The notes under the pieces: generated by a model | Told to the model about the DNA's origin: nothing | Seen by the model: the letters and a program-made list of their open reading frames with translations, nothing else | Database searches by the model: none | Position numbers and translations under genes: made by a program | Origin: Cellvibrionaceae bacterium | GTDB taxonomy: Bacteria > Pseudomonadota > Gammaproteobacteria > Pseudomonadales > Cellvibrionaceae | Length of the DNA: 64,000 nucleotides | Assembly (NCBI GenBank): GCA_050300015.1 | Contig: JBNKWZ010000008.1 | Span: forward strand, 125,393-189,392 | Reading direction: 5' to 3' | Shown: in pieces, positions 51,527 through 60,751 of the stretch | How the letters are laid out: each line of letters opens with the position of its first letter | How positions within the stretch are numbered: position 1 is the first letter of the stretch

Positions 51527-51815
51527 ATATTAAAATTAATTAAAAACATAAATTTAATAAACAATTACTATCGTGATGGGTGGCCAACACCCGCCAGGGC
51601 CAATGCAGACAGACGTCTTTCGGTGGGTTTAAAGCGACGGTTAAACCTTTCTCTAGATCCGTGTTACAGGTTTTCGGCAGGTCGATGACACGCAGGGGGG
51701 TGACGCTTATTGATGACAAATGTCATGTGAAAGGGGTGACTTTTGACAATGGTGGGTTCACACGTGAAAAACAACAATGGCGGTGTTGTTAAATAAACCC
51801 AAAGGAGCAATAGCC

Positions 51816-52019
51816 ATGAAAGCCATGTCGAATTTAATCGAAACCTTCAGTAAAAGTTGTTTACTTATTCTGGTCTTCGCAAGTTTGATGGTTTCGGCCC
51901 ATCAAGCCAGTGCCGAGGTGGGCGGATCAAACCGTGCCGTCACTGAAGCCATGAGTAAACTCTACGCAACCTCGCGCGTTGAAGCTGCAAAAATCGCCAG
52001 AGAAAAGGGTTGGCTTTAA
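51816..52019 (+). CDS. Small secreted protein (67 aa) with signal peptide
   Basis: Strong SD AAGGAG 8 nt upstream of the ATG. Signal peptide LLILVFASLMVSAHQASA. Confidence 0.5.
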   Translation: MKAMSNLIETFSKSCLLILVFASLMVSAHQASAEVGGSNRAVTEAMSKLYATSRVEAAKIAREKGWL

Positions 52020-52064
52020 AGGTTGAGTTTCCTCACTTCACCCCCCTACTAAAGCTGGGATGCC

Positions 52065-52502
52065 CTAAGGTTTTTTGTAGTGATCACACATAAGCCGAAT
52101 GCTTTCTGCGGGCACGGATAACTGTTTGATTAAATAGTTTTTAAAAGTCTCGGGGTATTCCAAATCGGTAAGGGCTTTTTCCATACACAGTAACCAGGCG
52201 TCTCTGCCTGCCGTGTCTATGGGCAAGTGACAGTGGGCTCTCGGAATACTGATAGGCCCGAAATGCTCACGGTATAACTTGGGACCACCCATCCAACCCG
52301 ACAGGAAAAAAGCCAATTTTTTTCGCGACAGTGTTAAATCTTTGGGGTGCATATCACGTATAGTCTTGGCTTCTGGTAGTTGATCCATACGTTGATAAAA
52401 TGCATCGACCAAACATGTAATACCGTCCAATTCGCCCGCCGCGCGATAGGTGGCGTCGCCCTGACCGTATTCGTTGAATGTGTTGAGGTTGCTGGGGCTC
52501 AT
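52065..52502 (-). CDS. Group II truncated hemoglobin (trHbO-like)
   Basis: FYQRM...GGPKLY...PRAHCHLPI...RDAWLLCMEKAL matches trHbO landmarks (FYAQV...GGPRTY...RDAWLRCM). Confidence 0.7.
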   Translation of the reverse strand: MSPSNLNTFNEYGQGDATYRAAGELDGITCLVDAFYQRMDQLPEAKTIRDMHPKDLTLSRKKLAFFLSGWMGGPKLYREHFGPISIPRAHCHLPIDTAGRDAWLLCMEKALTDLEYPETFKNYLIKQLSVPAESIRLMCDHYKKP

Positions 52503-52699
52503 AAGGTTTCCGAAATCAAAAATCGAGTGGGGCTGTTGTGGCGCTCCTGATAAATCAGCGCCAGTATTTTTAGGGCGTGTAATAAAACCAATAGGAAATC
52601 TATTTTATTGCTAGAAAACCTCAGATTAATAAGTTACTAATTTAAGCGTCTTCAAATTAAGTGCCTTCAAAAATTTAAAGAGGCGATCCGGTGTTTAAC

Positions 52700-54007
52700 T
52701 TATGCCAACACATTTGCCAGCCAACCGATAAATCCCCCCGCTAAAATAACCCAAGGGATGGAGATTTTAAACCGAACCAGTGCAATAAAGGCCGCCAGCG
52801 CCAGGAACCCCTCCAACCAATGGTTGCCGGTGTCGAACCACAAAACGGCCGAGGCAAAATACACGCACAAGTGTACGATCACACCCACCACCGCACAGGT
52901 AACCGCGGCGAGCGGCGCCTGCCATTGACTGAGGTTTTGGGTGCGTTGAATCCAAGGTGCACCGGCCAAAATCCACAAAAAGCAGGGCAAGAAGGTATAC
53001 CAAGCCACCCAAATGGCGCCTAAGGTGCCAGCCCATAAGGGTGCGGTTTCGGCAAGTGGTGCTTGGTGGTAAGCACCCAAATAACCTACAAATACCGTCA
53101 CCATAATCAGCGGGCCGGGTGTGGTTTCGCCTAAAGCCAGGCCGTCCATCATTTGCGCGGCACTTAACCATTGGTATTGTGTGGCGGCGTGATCCGCTAT
53201 ATAGGGTAACACCGCGTAGGCACCACCAAAGGTCACCATGGCGGCTTTGGTAAAAAAAATTGCCATGGTCATAAACGGTGTGCTGGAATCAAACGTGGCC
53301 CAAAGTGCCGCCAGGGGCAACAGCCAAAGCCCAAGGCACAACAGCAGGACTTTAATGCTAAACCACAGCAAAGTGCGGCTTGGCTCGGGGGTGGTTTCAC
53401 CCTGTGCCTGTGCAGTGGGCGGCGGCAGTGGCCACCAGCGCGGCTGCCAACGATGTAAGAGCCAACCGGTGAGTGCCGCAATCGCAATCACTAAGGGATA
53501 GGGCAGATGCAAAACGGCCAAGGCCCCGCCTGCGGCGATGGCAATGCCATAAGCGGCGGGTGTATTCAGTACGCGACGCCCTAAACGCCAGGCCGCAAAA
53601 GCCACAATGGCGACAACGGTAGGTTTAATCCCGGCGAGCACAAAAGCCAACGTGTCCCACTCGACGTAGGTGACGTACACACCGCAAAAGCCGATAAACA
53701 AAAGCAGCGCCGGTAACACAAACAAAACCCCAGCGATCACGCCCCCTAGGGTTTTGTGTAATATCCAACCTAAATAAATGGCCAGTTGTTGTGCTTCGGG
53801 GCCGGGCAATAACATGCAATAATTGAGAGCGCGAATAAATTGCGCATCACTGACCCACTTTTTATTGTCCACCAACTCCTGGTGCATAATGGCTATTTGA
53901 CCGGCGGGACCCCCAAAACTGATGCACCCCAATTTGGCCCAAAACCAAAAGGCTTCGAGCATTGTCGGTGCGCAAGGTGTTGCGGCGTCGGTGCGGGCAT
54001 GGGCCAT
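52700..54007 (-). CDS. chrA: Chromate transporter ChrA
   Basis: 435 aa with duplicated CHR domains. FGGPAGQIAIMHQELV and a second FGGAYAVLPYI. Confidence 0.88.
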   Translation of the reverse strand: MAHARTDAATPCAPTMLEAFWFWAKLGCISFGGPAGQIAIMHQELVDNKKWVSDAQFIRALNYCMLLPGPEAQQLAIYLGWILHKTLGGVIAGVLFVLPALLLFIGFCGVYVTYVEWDTLAFVLAGIKPTVVAIVAFAAWRLGRRVLNTPAAYGIAIAAGGALAVLHLPYPLVIAIAALTGWLLHRWQPRWWPLPPPTAQAQGETTPEPSRTLLWFSIKVLLLCLGLWLLPLAALWATFDSSTPFMTMAIFFTKAAMVTFGGAYAVLPYIADHAATQYQWLSAAQMMDGLALGETTPGPLIMVTVFVGYLGAYHQAPLAETAPLWAGTLGAIWVAWYTFLPCFLWILAGAPWIQRTQNLSQWQAPLAAVTCAVVGVIVHLCVYFASAVLWFDTGNHWLEGFLALAAFIALVRFKISIPWVILAGGFIGWLANVLA

Positions 54008-54089
54008 AAGGCTCCCCTGTCAATTCATTCAGGCAGTATCACACGGGGTTGCGTTTCTCTAAGCCATTTTACTTTAAGGCTACAGGCGG

Positions 54090-54446
54090 CTAAGCGTTCT
54101 CTGGCGCAATGGGTGTAGACTGAATGGCGTGTTGAATATTGGATAATTGGGTTTCGAGATTTTTCAGTTCGCGCAATAAAGACAAGCGATGCATTTCAAG
54201 CAATAGCCAGATTCGCAACACCAACATTACCAACAACGTGGCAAGCGCACCAACTGCCCAATGGAGTTTATCGGCCATAACCGGGGTATTGAACATTTGC
54301 CAGGCACAAAAAAGCGCAAGACTGCCAAAAACGAGGGCCGCTATTACCACAACAGGCGCGACCCAGCGAAAAGTGCGCGAAGCGAAACTTCGCAACATTA
54401 ATTGAAAGGGGTTTAAAGACGCTTCGTCGTATTTGGAATTTTGCAT
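54090..54446 (-). CDS. Hypothetical small membrane protein (2 TM)
   Basis: 118 aa with two hydrophobic helices and a C-terminal coiled-coil-like segment. No recognised motif. Confidence 0.4.
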   Translation of the reverse strand: MQNSKYDEASLNPFQLMLRSFASRTFRWVAPVVVIAALVFGSLALFCAWQMFNTPVMADKLHWAVGALATLLVMLVLRIWLLLEMHRLSLLRELKNLETQLSNIQHAIQSTPIAPENA

Positions 54447-54618
54447 GGGGAGTACCTTTTGATCTAACGGTACCAGGCAGCATGCAGGGTTAAAGTCACG
54501 GATTCAATACCAGCATATTAAATCATCTACCCCTATTCGGTTTTCTTGGCGAACTGTTTCACTATTAAAGCGGCGCACCATGATCGGTGCGCCGATGACG
54601 ATCAACATCTTTATTAGC

Positions 54619-55557
54619 TCAAATGCAGGTGACGCAAACCGCTTCGATATGACGGTGGTCCGTGCCGCAACAACCACCGTAAATTCGCAGATTTTTTAAT
54701 AGACTTTTTAGCTTCAAGTAATCCAAGCCTAGAGCCTTGGGGTTGCCCTCGTCTAACACCTCGGCTTCATCCAGCTCTTGATGACTGCACTGCGAGGCGT
54801 TCGCACGAATGGCAAAAATTCGTTGCGTCCAAGGTGCATTGCCATCGAGTAGGGCTTGAAAATGCGTGGGGTGCGCGCAGTTGACCATGTAGTACGCCGG
54901 GTAGGCTTGCGTGTCCTCGTCCACCGCTTCGATGGCGCTTTGTAAGGTCTCTCCCGTGGGCAAGCGCCCGTCGGTTTCCACAGTAAAAGACAAACACACG
55001 GGCATATTGGCGCGCTTCGCGGCACGTGCAATGCCAATGCCTTCTTCAATGGTATTGAGCGTCATGGCGCACACCATATCGGCAGCTGTTGTCGCAAAAC
55101 TTTGAATTTGTGGCAAATGGTAATCACAGGCTTCACGGGCGGTCATTTGGTGGTTAGGCACGTATCCATCACCGCGTGGGCCGATATTGCCGCTGATGAC
55201 CATGGGAAAGGTTGCATTGGCATGTTGTGCACGCAGCTTTTCAATCTCTGCTACGGCCTGAAGGTTTACACGATGCAGGGCTTCGGCGTCATACCCAAGC
55301 TTTTGGCCCCAGTCTGGGTTCGCCCGCCAGGTGGGGGTCTCTAGAATCATGCCGGCACCATGACGTTTGGCAATGTCGATATAGGGCTGCCAGTAATCCA
55401 TTAGCGCCTGCCTTCCTTGCTCGGTTGCCAATAATGTAAATGCGGCAAAACTCGGTAAATCCATTTTACGATGGAACACCAGTGTGGTTTCCATGCCACC
55501 ATCGGTAATAAAGGGCTGCTTCCCCAGTTGGGGTAAAGTGCTGCGGTATTGGCTCAT
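54619..55557 (-). CDS. mmuM: Homocysteine S-methyltransferase
   Basis: 312 aa with C-terminal zinc-binding GGCCGTDHRHI and N-terminal DGGMETTL. Confidence 0.85.
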   Translation of the reverse strand: MSQYRSTLPQLGKQPFITDGGMETTLVFHRKMDLPSFAAFTLLATEQGRQALMDYWQPYIDIAKRHGAGMILETPTWRANPDWGQKLGYDAEALHRVNLQAVAEIEKLRAQHANATFPMVISGNIGPRGDGYVPNHQMTAREACDYHLPQIQSFATTAADMVCAMTLNTIEEGIGIARAAKRANMPVCLSFTVETDGRLPTGETLQSAIEAVDEDTQAYPAYYMVNCAHPTHFQALLDGNAPWTQRIFAIRANASQCSHQELDEAEVLDEGNPKALGLDYLKLKSLLKNLRIYGGCCGTDHRHIEAVCVTCI

Positions 55558-55655
55558 GGTCTCTCTCCTTTTTGAGCATTAAACACAGGTATAAGGTAGA
55601 GCCAAAAGGGCTTTTGGGTTAAAGTCATTTCCGTTCAAAATGAGTCGAATCGGAC

Positions 55656-56696
55656 ATGGCGGCAAAAAACCCCCTGAATATTGCGCTATTGGTCACTGCA
55701 GAGTCCTCTGCTTCTACCCTCTTTGGTATGTATGACCTGTTTTGCTCGGTGGGCAGGGATTGGCCGCTGCTGACTGAAGGGGTAGCGGGTGAGAGTTTGG
55801 TGACCCCAACTTTAGTGTCTGACACCGGCAGAGGCTTTTATTCTACCAATGGGGTGTGGATTCAGCCGCAGGCCGCGTTTGCCAAGTGTGCGGATCCAGA
55901 TGTTATCTGCATTCCCGATTTATTGGTGGCCCCCAGTGAGACCATGATGGGGCGTTATGCGGGCGAATGTGACTGGCTGCAAACGCAGTTTACGCGGGGC
56001 GCCTACATTGCCACAGCGTGTACCGGTGCTTTGTTACTGGCCGAGGCAGGCCTATTGGCCGGTGAGGCCACTACCACCCATTGGGCCTATTGTGATGCCA
56101 TGCGTGCGCAGTACCGCAATGTTCAAGTTCATGGTGAACGTGCCATGGTGGTGGGCGGCGAGGGCCAGCGTTTATTGATGGCTGGGGGCGGTACGTCGTG
56201 GATGGATTTGGCACTATTAATTGTTGCGCGTTTTATCAACGTTGAAGAGGCCATGCGCTTAGCACGGCTGTACTTGATTGATTGGCACCACTTAGGTCAA
56301 CAACCCTACACGGTGTTAACCGGTAGAAGTCAGACAGAGGACGCCTTAATGGCCGAATGCCAAGTTTGGGCGGCGCAACACTATGAGCAGGAATCCCCCG
56401 TAGCCAAAATGGCGGCCATCAGTGGGTTAACGGATCGCACCTTTAATCGCCGTTTTGTCAAAGCCACTGGACTGACGCCCTTGGAGTATGTACACGCCTT
56501 AAGATTGGAGGAAGCCAAGCATCTACTGGAGACCACGGTGGATCCTGTTGAGGCCGTAGCCAATACCATTGGGTATGAAGATGCGGGTTTTTTCGGCCGC
56601 CTGTTTAAACGTAAGGTGGGTTTAAGCCCCGCACAGTATCGAAGGCGTTTTGGAGCGCTCCGGCAATCGCTCAACCTGTTGCCCTCATTGCGATAG
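55656..56696 (+). CDS. GlxA-family transcriptional regulator (DJ-1/PfpI domain + AraC HTH)
   Basis: N-terminal class I glutamine amidotransferase-like domain with conserved Cys (IATACTGALLLA). C-terminal AraC-type dual helix-turn-helix. Confidence 0.85.
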   Translation: MAAKNPLNIALLVTAESSASTLFGMYDLFCSVGRDWPLLTEGVAGESLVTPTLVSDTGRGFYSTNGVWIQPQAAFAKCADPDVICIPDLLVAPSETMMGRYAGECDWLQTQFTRGAYIATACTGALLLAEAGLLAGEATTTHWAYCDAMRAQYRNVQVHGERAMVVGGEGQRLLMAGGGTSWMDLALLIVARFINVEEAMRLARLYLIDWHHLGQQPYTVLTGRSQTEDALMAECQVWAAQHYEQESPVAKMAAISGLTDRTFNRRFVKATGLTPLEYVHALRLEEAKHLLETTVDPVEAVANTIGYEDAGFFGRLFKRKVGLSPAQYRRRFGALRQSLNLLPSLR

Positions 56697-56815
56697 TGCA
56701 AGCGGTTTTATCAAACGGCTGACCAGGTTTTCGTACCTAGCTGAGAGGCGAATAAACCGTTGGTGGGATGGTTCATTTGGGGTGTACTGATGGCTCGTAC
56801 TGAAAGGAACACACT

Positions 56816-57274
56816 ATGCATATTTGGGTCGATGCCGATGCCTGCCCGGTGCCGGTGAAAGAAATGTTATTCCGCGCGGCCGAGCGCACTCAAACTCCAG
56901 TGACGTTAGTGGCCAATCAGCCTATGCGTGTGCCGCCGTCATCTTTTATCACCACTATTCAAGTGATGCAGGGTTTTGATGTTGCAGATAATGAAATCGT
57001 CAAACGCTTGAACGCAGGCGACTTGGTGGTAACCGGTGATATTCCGCTCGCCGCAGAGGTGATCGAAAAAGGCGGTGATGTGATCAATACGCGGGGCGAA
57101 GCCTTAACGCACAATAACATTCAAGCGCGCTTGACCTTGCGCAACTTCATGGACACCCTGCGCGGCAGTGGCGTGGACACGGGTGGCCCTGCAGCCTATA
57201 GTCAACAAGACCGTCAAGCGTTTGCCAATCAATTGGATAAATGGTTAACGCGTGCGCGCCGTATTAGTACCTAG
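56816..57274 (+). CDS. yaiI: UPF0178 protein YaiI (DUF188)
   Basis: [26 protein letters not shown]...[20 protein letters not shown] closely parallels E. coli YaiI. Confidence 0.85.
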   Translation: MHIWVDADACPVPVKEMLFRAAERTQTPVTLVANQPMRVPPSSFITTIQVMQGFDVADNEIVKRLNAGDLVVTGDIPLAAEVIEKGGDVINTRGEALTHNNIQARLTLRNFMDTLRGSGVDTGGPAAYSQQDRQAFANQLDKWLTRARRIST

Positions 57275-57411
57275 TTTTTAGTTTTGAGCGCGGTGATATC
57301 GACCGATTAACTTTTTTACATTTTTTAACAAAAACAATGTGTCGGGTTTATGCACGCCGGTTTACAGTCACCTGCACACATAACGCTTAAGCATTACCCA
57401 AAATTTAAGGA

Positions 57412-58851
57412 TTGAGAATGTCTAAAAAGAAGTCCAAAGTGCCAGAGTCTGTAACGGTGGAGTCGCCATCTTTGGTGCAGCCCACGGGTAACGAGCCGTG
57501 GGTGACAGATACCGCCTGGATAACAGGCATTGCAGGGACACTTACCATTATTTTTAGCGCGTATTACTTCCAAGTCGCCAACATATTGGGTGGTGGTGCG
57601 CACCTTTTTGGGTTGACCTTAACGGATACACGTCACGAAGGCATTTTACTATCCATTGGCATCGTCACGTTGGTGATGGCAAGCCTCGAAATTGTTCGGT
57701 TGCGGCTGTTTTACGGTAAAAACTATTTTAAGCCCTCGCCTTGGCTTGCAAAAAAACAATACGGTGCCTTATTTAAAGAGTCTTTTAAACGTTATTGTTT
57801 GCTGCTATTGCTATTATGGTTGACCAAGGTGGGTTATCACTCGATTGTAGAATATGGCTTTAAGCATCACAACGCGTATTATCAACCTTGGTTTTTAGCA
57901 CTTGAGGTACTTTGGACGATTTATCTGTATTTAGGCTTTCCATATATTCTGTTAACCACAGCCTTGAAGCACGATGCTGAAATTGATAAAAAAGATTTGG
58001 CCACTTTAACTGAAAAATGTTTACGCTTTGGCATGGCCAAAATCCCGCTTTTAGGCGTTAGAACCTATGACTTTAACCTTTACGATAAGCGAGCAGCTTT
58101 AGGTTATTTGGTAAAATTCTTTTTCTGTCCGGTGATCACCGTTTTCTATTTTGATAATTTTAGTACTCTGGCAAATAATTTTGATTACTTAACCCATGGT
58201 TTTGTTGACCATTTGCGCAATGGCACCTATACGATGGAATTGTTTGGCAATGATTTTGGCAATGTGGCCACCTCCATGATATTCAGCATTGATGTGGGGC
58301 TTGCTTGGGTGGGTTATGTGGTGTCTTCACGTTGGCTGGATAACCAAACCGTTTCGGCGGAGCCTACTTTGTTGGGTTGGTCCGTTTGTTTGGTCAGCTA
58401 CCCGCCATTTCGAGTGATTACTGGCTGGTTTGTTACAGGCCCCGGTGAAAACCTTTACGCCCACATTCCGGATCAATTTATCGTGGGCGTATTCGGGACC
58501 ATGATGATTATCAGTTATTTTGTCTATATGTTGCCCACCGTTTGGTTTGGCGTGCGATTTTCCAACCTAACTCATCGGGGCATTATCCGTAAAGGGCCTT
58601 TTGCGATTGTTCGCCACCCCGCCTATGCCTCCAAAAATTTTGCGTGGTGGTGTGTGGGCCTTCCTGCATCTATTTACGTAATGTTCACCTCAAGTTTTAG
58701 CCAAGGTCTTATGTATATTGCGGGTTTGATTGTGGCATCAGGAATATACTATCTACGTGCCATTACCGAGGAGCGACACTTGAGTTTTGACCCGGATTAC
58801 GAGGCCTATTGTAAACAGGTGAAGTATCGGTTTATTCCTGGTGTTATCTAA
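57412..58851 (+). CDS. Polytopic membrane protein with C-terminal isoprenylcysteine carboxyl methyltransferase (ICMT/PEMT)-like domain
   Basis: C-terminal GIIRKGPFAIVRHPAYASKNFAWWCVGL matches the ICMT motif. A 350-aa N-terminal multi-TM region is of unknown family. Confidence 0.6.
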   Translation: MRMSKKKSKVPESVTVESPSLVQPTGNEPWVTDTAWITGIAGTLTIIFSAYYFQVANILGGGAHLFGLTLTDTRHEGILLSIGIVTLVMASLEIVRLRLFYGKNYFKPSPWLAKKQYGALFKESFKRYCLLLLLLWLTKVGYHSIVEYGFKHHNAYYQPWFLALEVLWTIYLYLGFPYILLTTALKHDAEIDKKDLATLTEKCLRFGMAKIPLLGVRTYDFNLYDKRAALGYLVKFFFCPVITVFYFDNFSTLANNFDYLTHGFVDHLRNGTYTMELFGNDFGNVATSMIFSIDVGLAWVGYVVSSRWLDNQTVSAEPTLLGWSVCLVSYPPFRVITGWFVTGPGENLYAHIPDQFIVGVFGTMMIISYFVYMLPTVWFGVRFSNLTHRGIIRKGPFAIVRHPAYASKNFAWWCVGLPASIYVMFTSSFSQGLMYIAGLIVASGIYYLRAITEERHLSFDPDYEAYCKQVKYRFIPGVI

Positions 58852-58897
58852 AGGCTGTGTTATTCAGAGTTTGGCGGAAGCAACAATTAGCGTTAAG

Positions 58898-59070
58898 CTA
58901 TTAACCCCGCCATCTTTTATGTCGGGTTATGCGGTACAAGGACGTGCCGCCATTGGCCGAAATGGCCAATGCAAGCCCTTACAATACAAGGAAATTTACA
59001 TATTTTTGCCAGTATTTTATGGGCGCGCAATTCAATAGATAGGAGATCTATCGAATTGCGGGGTTAATAG
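58898..59070 (-). mobile_element. MITE-like repeat copy D (long 173-bp variant, inverted orientation)
   Basis: 58898-58972 is the reverse complement of copy B (CTATTAACCCcGCcaTCTTTTATGTCGGGTTA-TGCGGTACAAGGACGTGCCGCCATTGGC...). An 86-bp extra segment follows, then GCGGGGTTAATAG at 59058-59070. Confidence 0.6.
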
Positions 59071-59074
59071 GAAG

Positions 59075-59121
59075 CCTTCGATTAAGTCCTTGCGCAAAGG
59101 TCACAAGGACTTAATCGAAGG
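59075..59121. repeat. Perfect 18-bp-stem hairpin CCTTCGATTAAGTCCTTG / CAAGGACTTAATCGAAGG with 11-nt loop, abutting MITE copy D
   Basis: The stem interior GTCCTTG...CAAGGAC echoes the MITE core GTCCTTGT. Confidence 0.55.
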
Positions 59122-59152
59122 TTCCCTGTTAAAATGCACAGCAATTTTGGGG

Positions 59153-59371
59153 GTGCCCGTGCCATACCGATGTCAAGCTTGTGGACATGCCATGCGCCGC
59201 GCTGCGCCCCATGGCGGGTGCGAGGCCTGCGGTGCGGCAGCCATAAAACCGATAAAATCGAATATCAATATCCAACCCGAAACCAAAACAAAATCCAAAA
59301 TTGAGATCGCCATTATGATTTTATTGTGGGGATTATTGATTTACGGGTTATACGACAAGTTTATTGCCTAG
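59153..59371 (+). CDS. Possible small membrane-anchored zinc-ribbon protein (about 70 aa)
   Basis: CQACGH...CEACG (CxxC-x14-CxxC) followed by a K/T-rich linker and a C-terminal TM helix IAIMILLWGLLIYGLY. A GTG start after a GGGGG stretch. The track ORF start at 59090 lies inside the hairpin and is rejected. Confidence 0.3.
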   Translation: MPVPYRCQACGHAMRRAAPHGGCEACGAAAIKPIKSNINIQPETKTKSKIEIAIMILLWGLLIYGLYDKFIA

Positions 59372-59410
59372 CGGCATTTTTATCTTTTACATAACCAATA
59401 GGAATAAATC

Positions 59411-60475
59411 ATGTGCCCAGTGACGTTGCGAGCCGCATTCAGCTTTATCGTATTGATGGGGTTTGGGCTTTTGCCCGTATCGGCGGTTTTGGCAGAACAA
59501 AAACCTAAAACGAATGTACCTCAATCGGGTTTGGAGGAAACCATTGTCGTTCATGGTAAGTCGCTTGAAGGCAACCTAGAGGGCGACAGCGCAGACCGCG
59601 ATGTCACAGTGTTACTACCGCCCAGCTATTACAACCAACCCAAATCGCGGTACCCGGTGGTGTATGCACTACATGGCTACACCATTGATAATACTATTTT
59701 TAAGGCAATGTTAGGTGCTCGGCTGAGTTTGGGCGAAGCATTTAAAGCGGGTGTTGCCGAAATGATTGTGGTGATACCTAGCGCGCTAACGCTACACAAC
59801 GGTTCCATGTATTCGAGTTCGGTTACCATTGGGGATTGGGAAACCTTTATCGCGGAAGATTTAGTCAGTTATATTGATGCGCATTACCGAACGCTTCCTG
59901 TTCGCGCTAATCGAGGTTTGATGGGGCATTCCATGGGGGGCTACGGTGCGTCGCGCATTGGAATGAAACGGCCCGATGTATTTTCAGCGCTTTATATCAT
60001 GAGCCCTTGTTGCCTGTCTGCCCGAGAAGCGCCACCAACGCCACTGTTGAAGTCGCTGCAGGCCATTCAAGAGGCGGAAGCAGCAACTAAACTGGGATTT
60101 TTGGAGCGTGCCACTTTGGCGGTGGCGGCAGCTTGGTCGCCCAACCCCAATAAACCACCATTTTATGCGGATTTACCTCTGGGTGATCAGCAACACGTGC
60201 AAACGGTTTTGGCCAACTGGGCAGCCAATGCACCGCTTTCAATGGCCTCTCAATATATTCCTAACCTCAAACGTTACAGTGCCATTGCCATGGATGTGGG
60301 AGACCAAGATAATTTTAAACACGATACTAAACGCCTTAGCGACATTTTGACCGCATCGGGGGTGCGCAACACGTTTGAAATTTATGAAGGGGATCACGGC
60401 AACCGCGTGGGCGAACGATTTAAACAAAAGGTATTGCCTTTTTTTGGCCGCCACATTTCCCAACCCTCTCCCTAA
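59411..60475 (+). CDS. Secreted esterase (putative esterase / esterase-D family alpha/beta hydrolase)
   Basis: Signal peptide. YPVVYALHGYT and nucleophile elbow GHSMGGYGA. Confidence 0.8.
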   Translation: MCPVTLRAAFSFIVLMGFGLLPVSAVLAEQKPKTNVPQSGLEETIVVHGKSLEGNLEGDSADRDVTVLLPPSYYNQPKSRYPVVYALHGYTIDNTIFKAMLGARLSLGEAFKAGVAEMIVVIPSALTLHNGSMYSSSVTIGDWETFIAEDLVSYIDAHYRTLPVRANRGLMGHSMGGYGASRIGMKRPDVFSALYIMSPCCLSAREAPPTPLLKSLQAIQEAEAATKLGFLERATLAVAAAWSPNPNKPPFYADLPLGDQQHVQTVLANWAANAPLSMASQYIPNLKRYSAIAMDVGDQDNFKHDTKRLSDILTASGVRNTFEIYEGDHGNRVGERFKQKVLPFFGRHISQPSP

Positions 60476-60512
60476 AGGTACGGCACGCTGAAAGTTCATG
60501 AAGCTTAGATCA

Positions 60513-60546
60513 AGTCCAAATGGTTTTTCGGTTTGGACTTTTTGTG
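60513..60546 (+). terminator. Rho-independent terminator after the esterase gene
   Basis: Stem GTCCAAA / TTTGGAC with an 11-nt loop, followed by TTTTTGTG. Confidence 0.7.
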
Positions 60547-60751
60547 TCGTTCTACCTCCTGCTACCAAGCAGTCGTGCGTGCGTGAATGAAAGCAAGGAA
60601 TGGAAAATAAAGGCATGCATTTACAAAATCGGATTGTGTAAATCGCAATGGTGGCATGCCTGTCCCTCGTAAAAGCATTTGCTCAACCATTCCGTTAAGC
60701 GATTAAACTTTCAGTGCCTCCTAGTTGCTCATGTTTGCCAAGTACATCGCA

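Noticed and set aside
51752-51772. GTTCACACGTGAAAAAC as a parS site
   Set aside because: It contains an extra CA relative to the 16-bp parS palindrome and lies 40 kb from parAB. It is kept only as an operator-like dyad in the findings.
59090-59152. Track start (TTG at 59090) of the small ORF 59090-59371
   Set aside because: The start lies inside the perfect 18-bp hairpin. A downstream GTG after a G-rich SD is more plausible, and the whole ORF remains low confidence.
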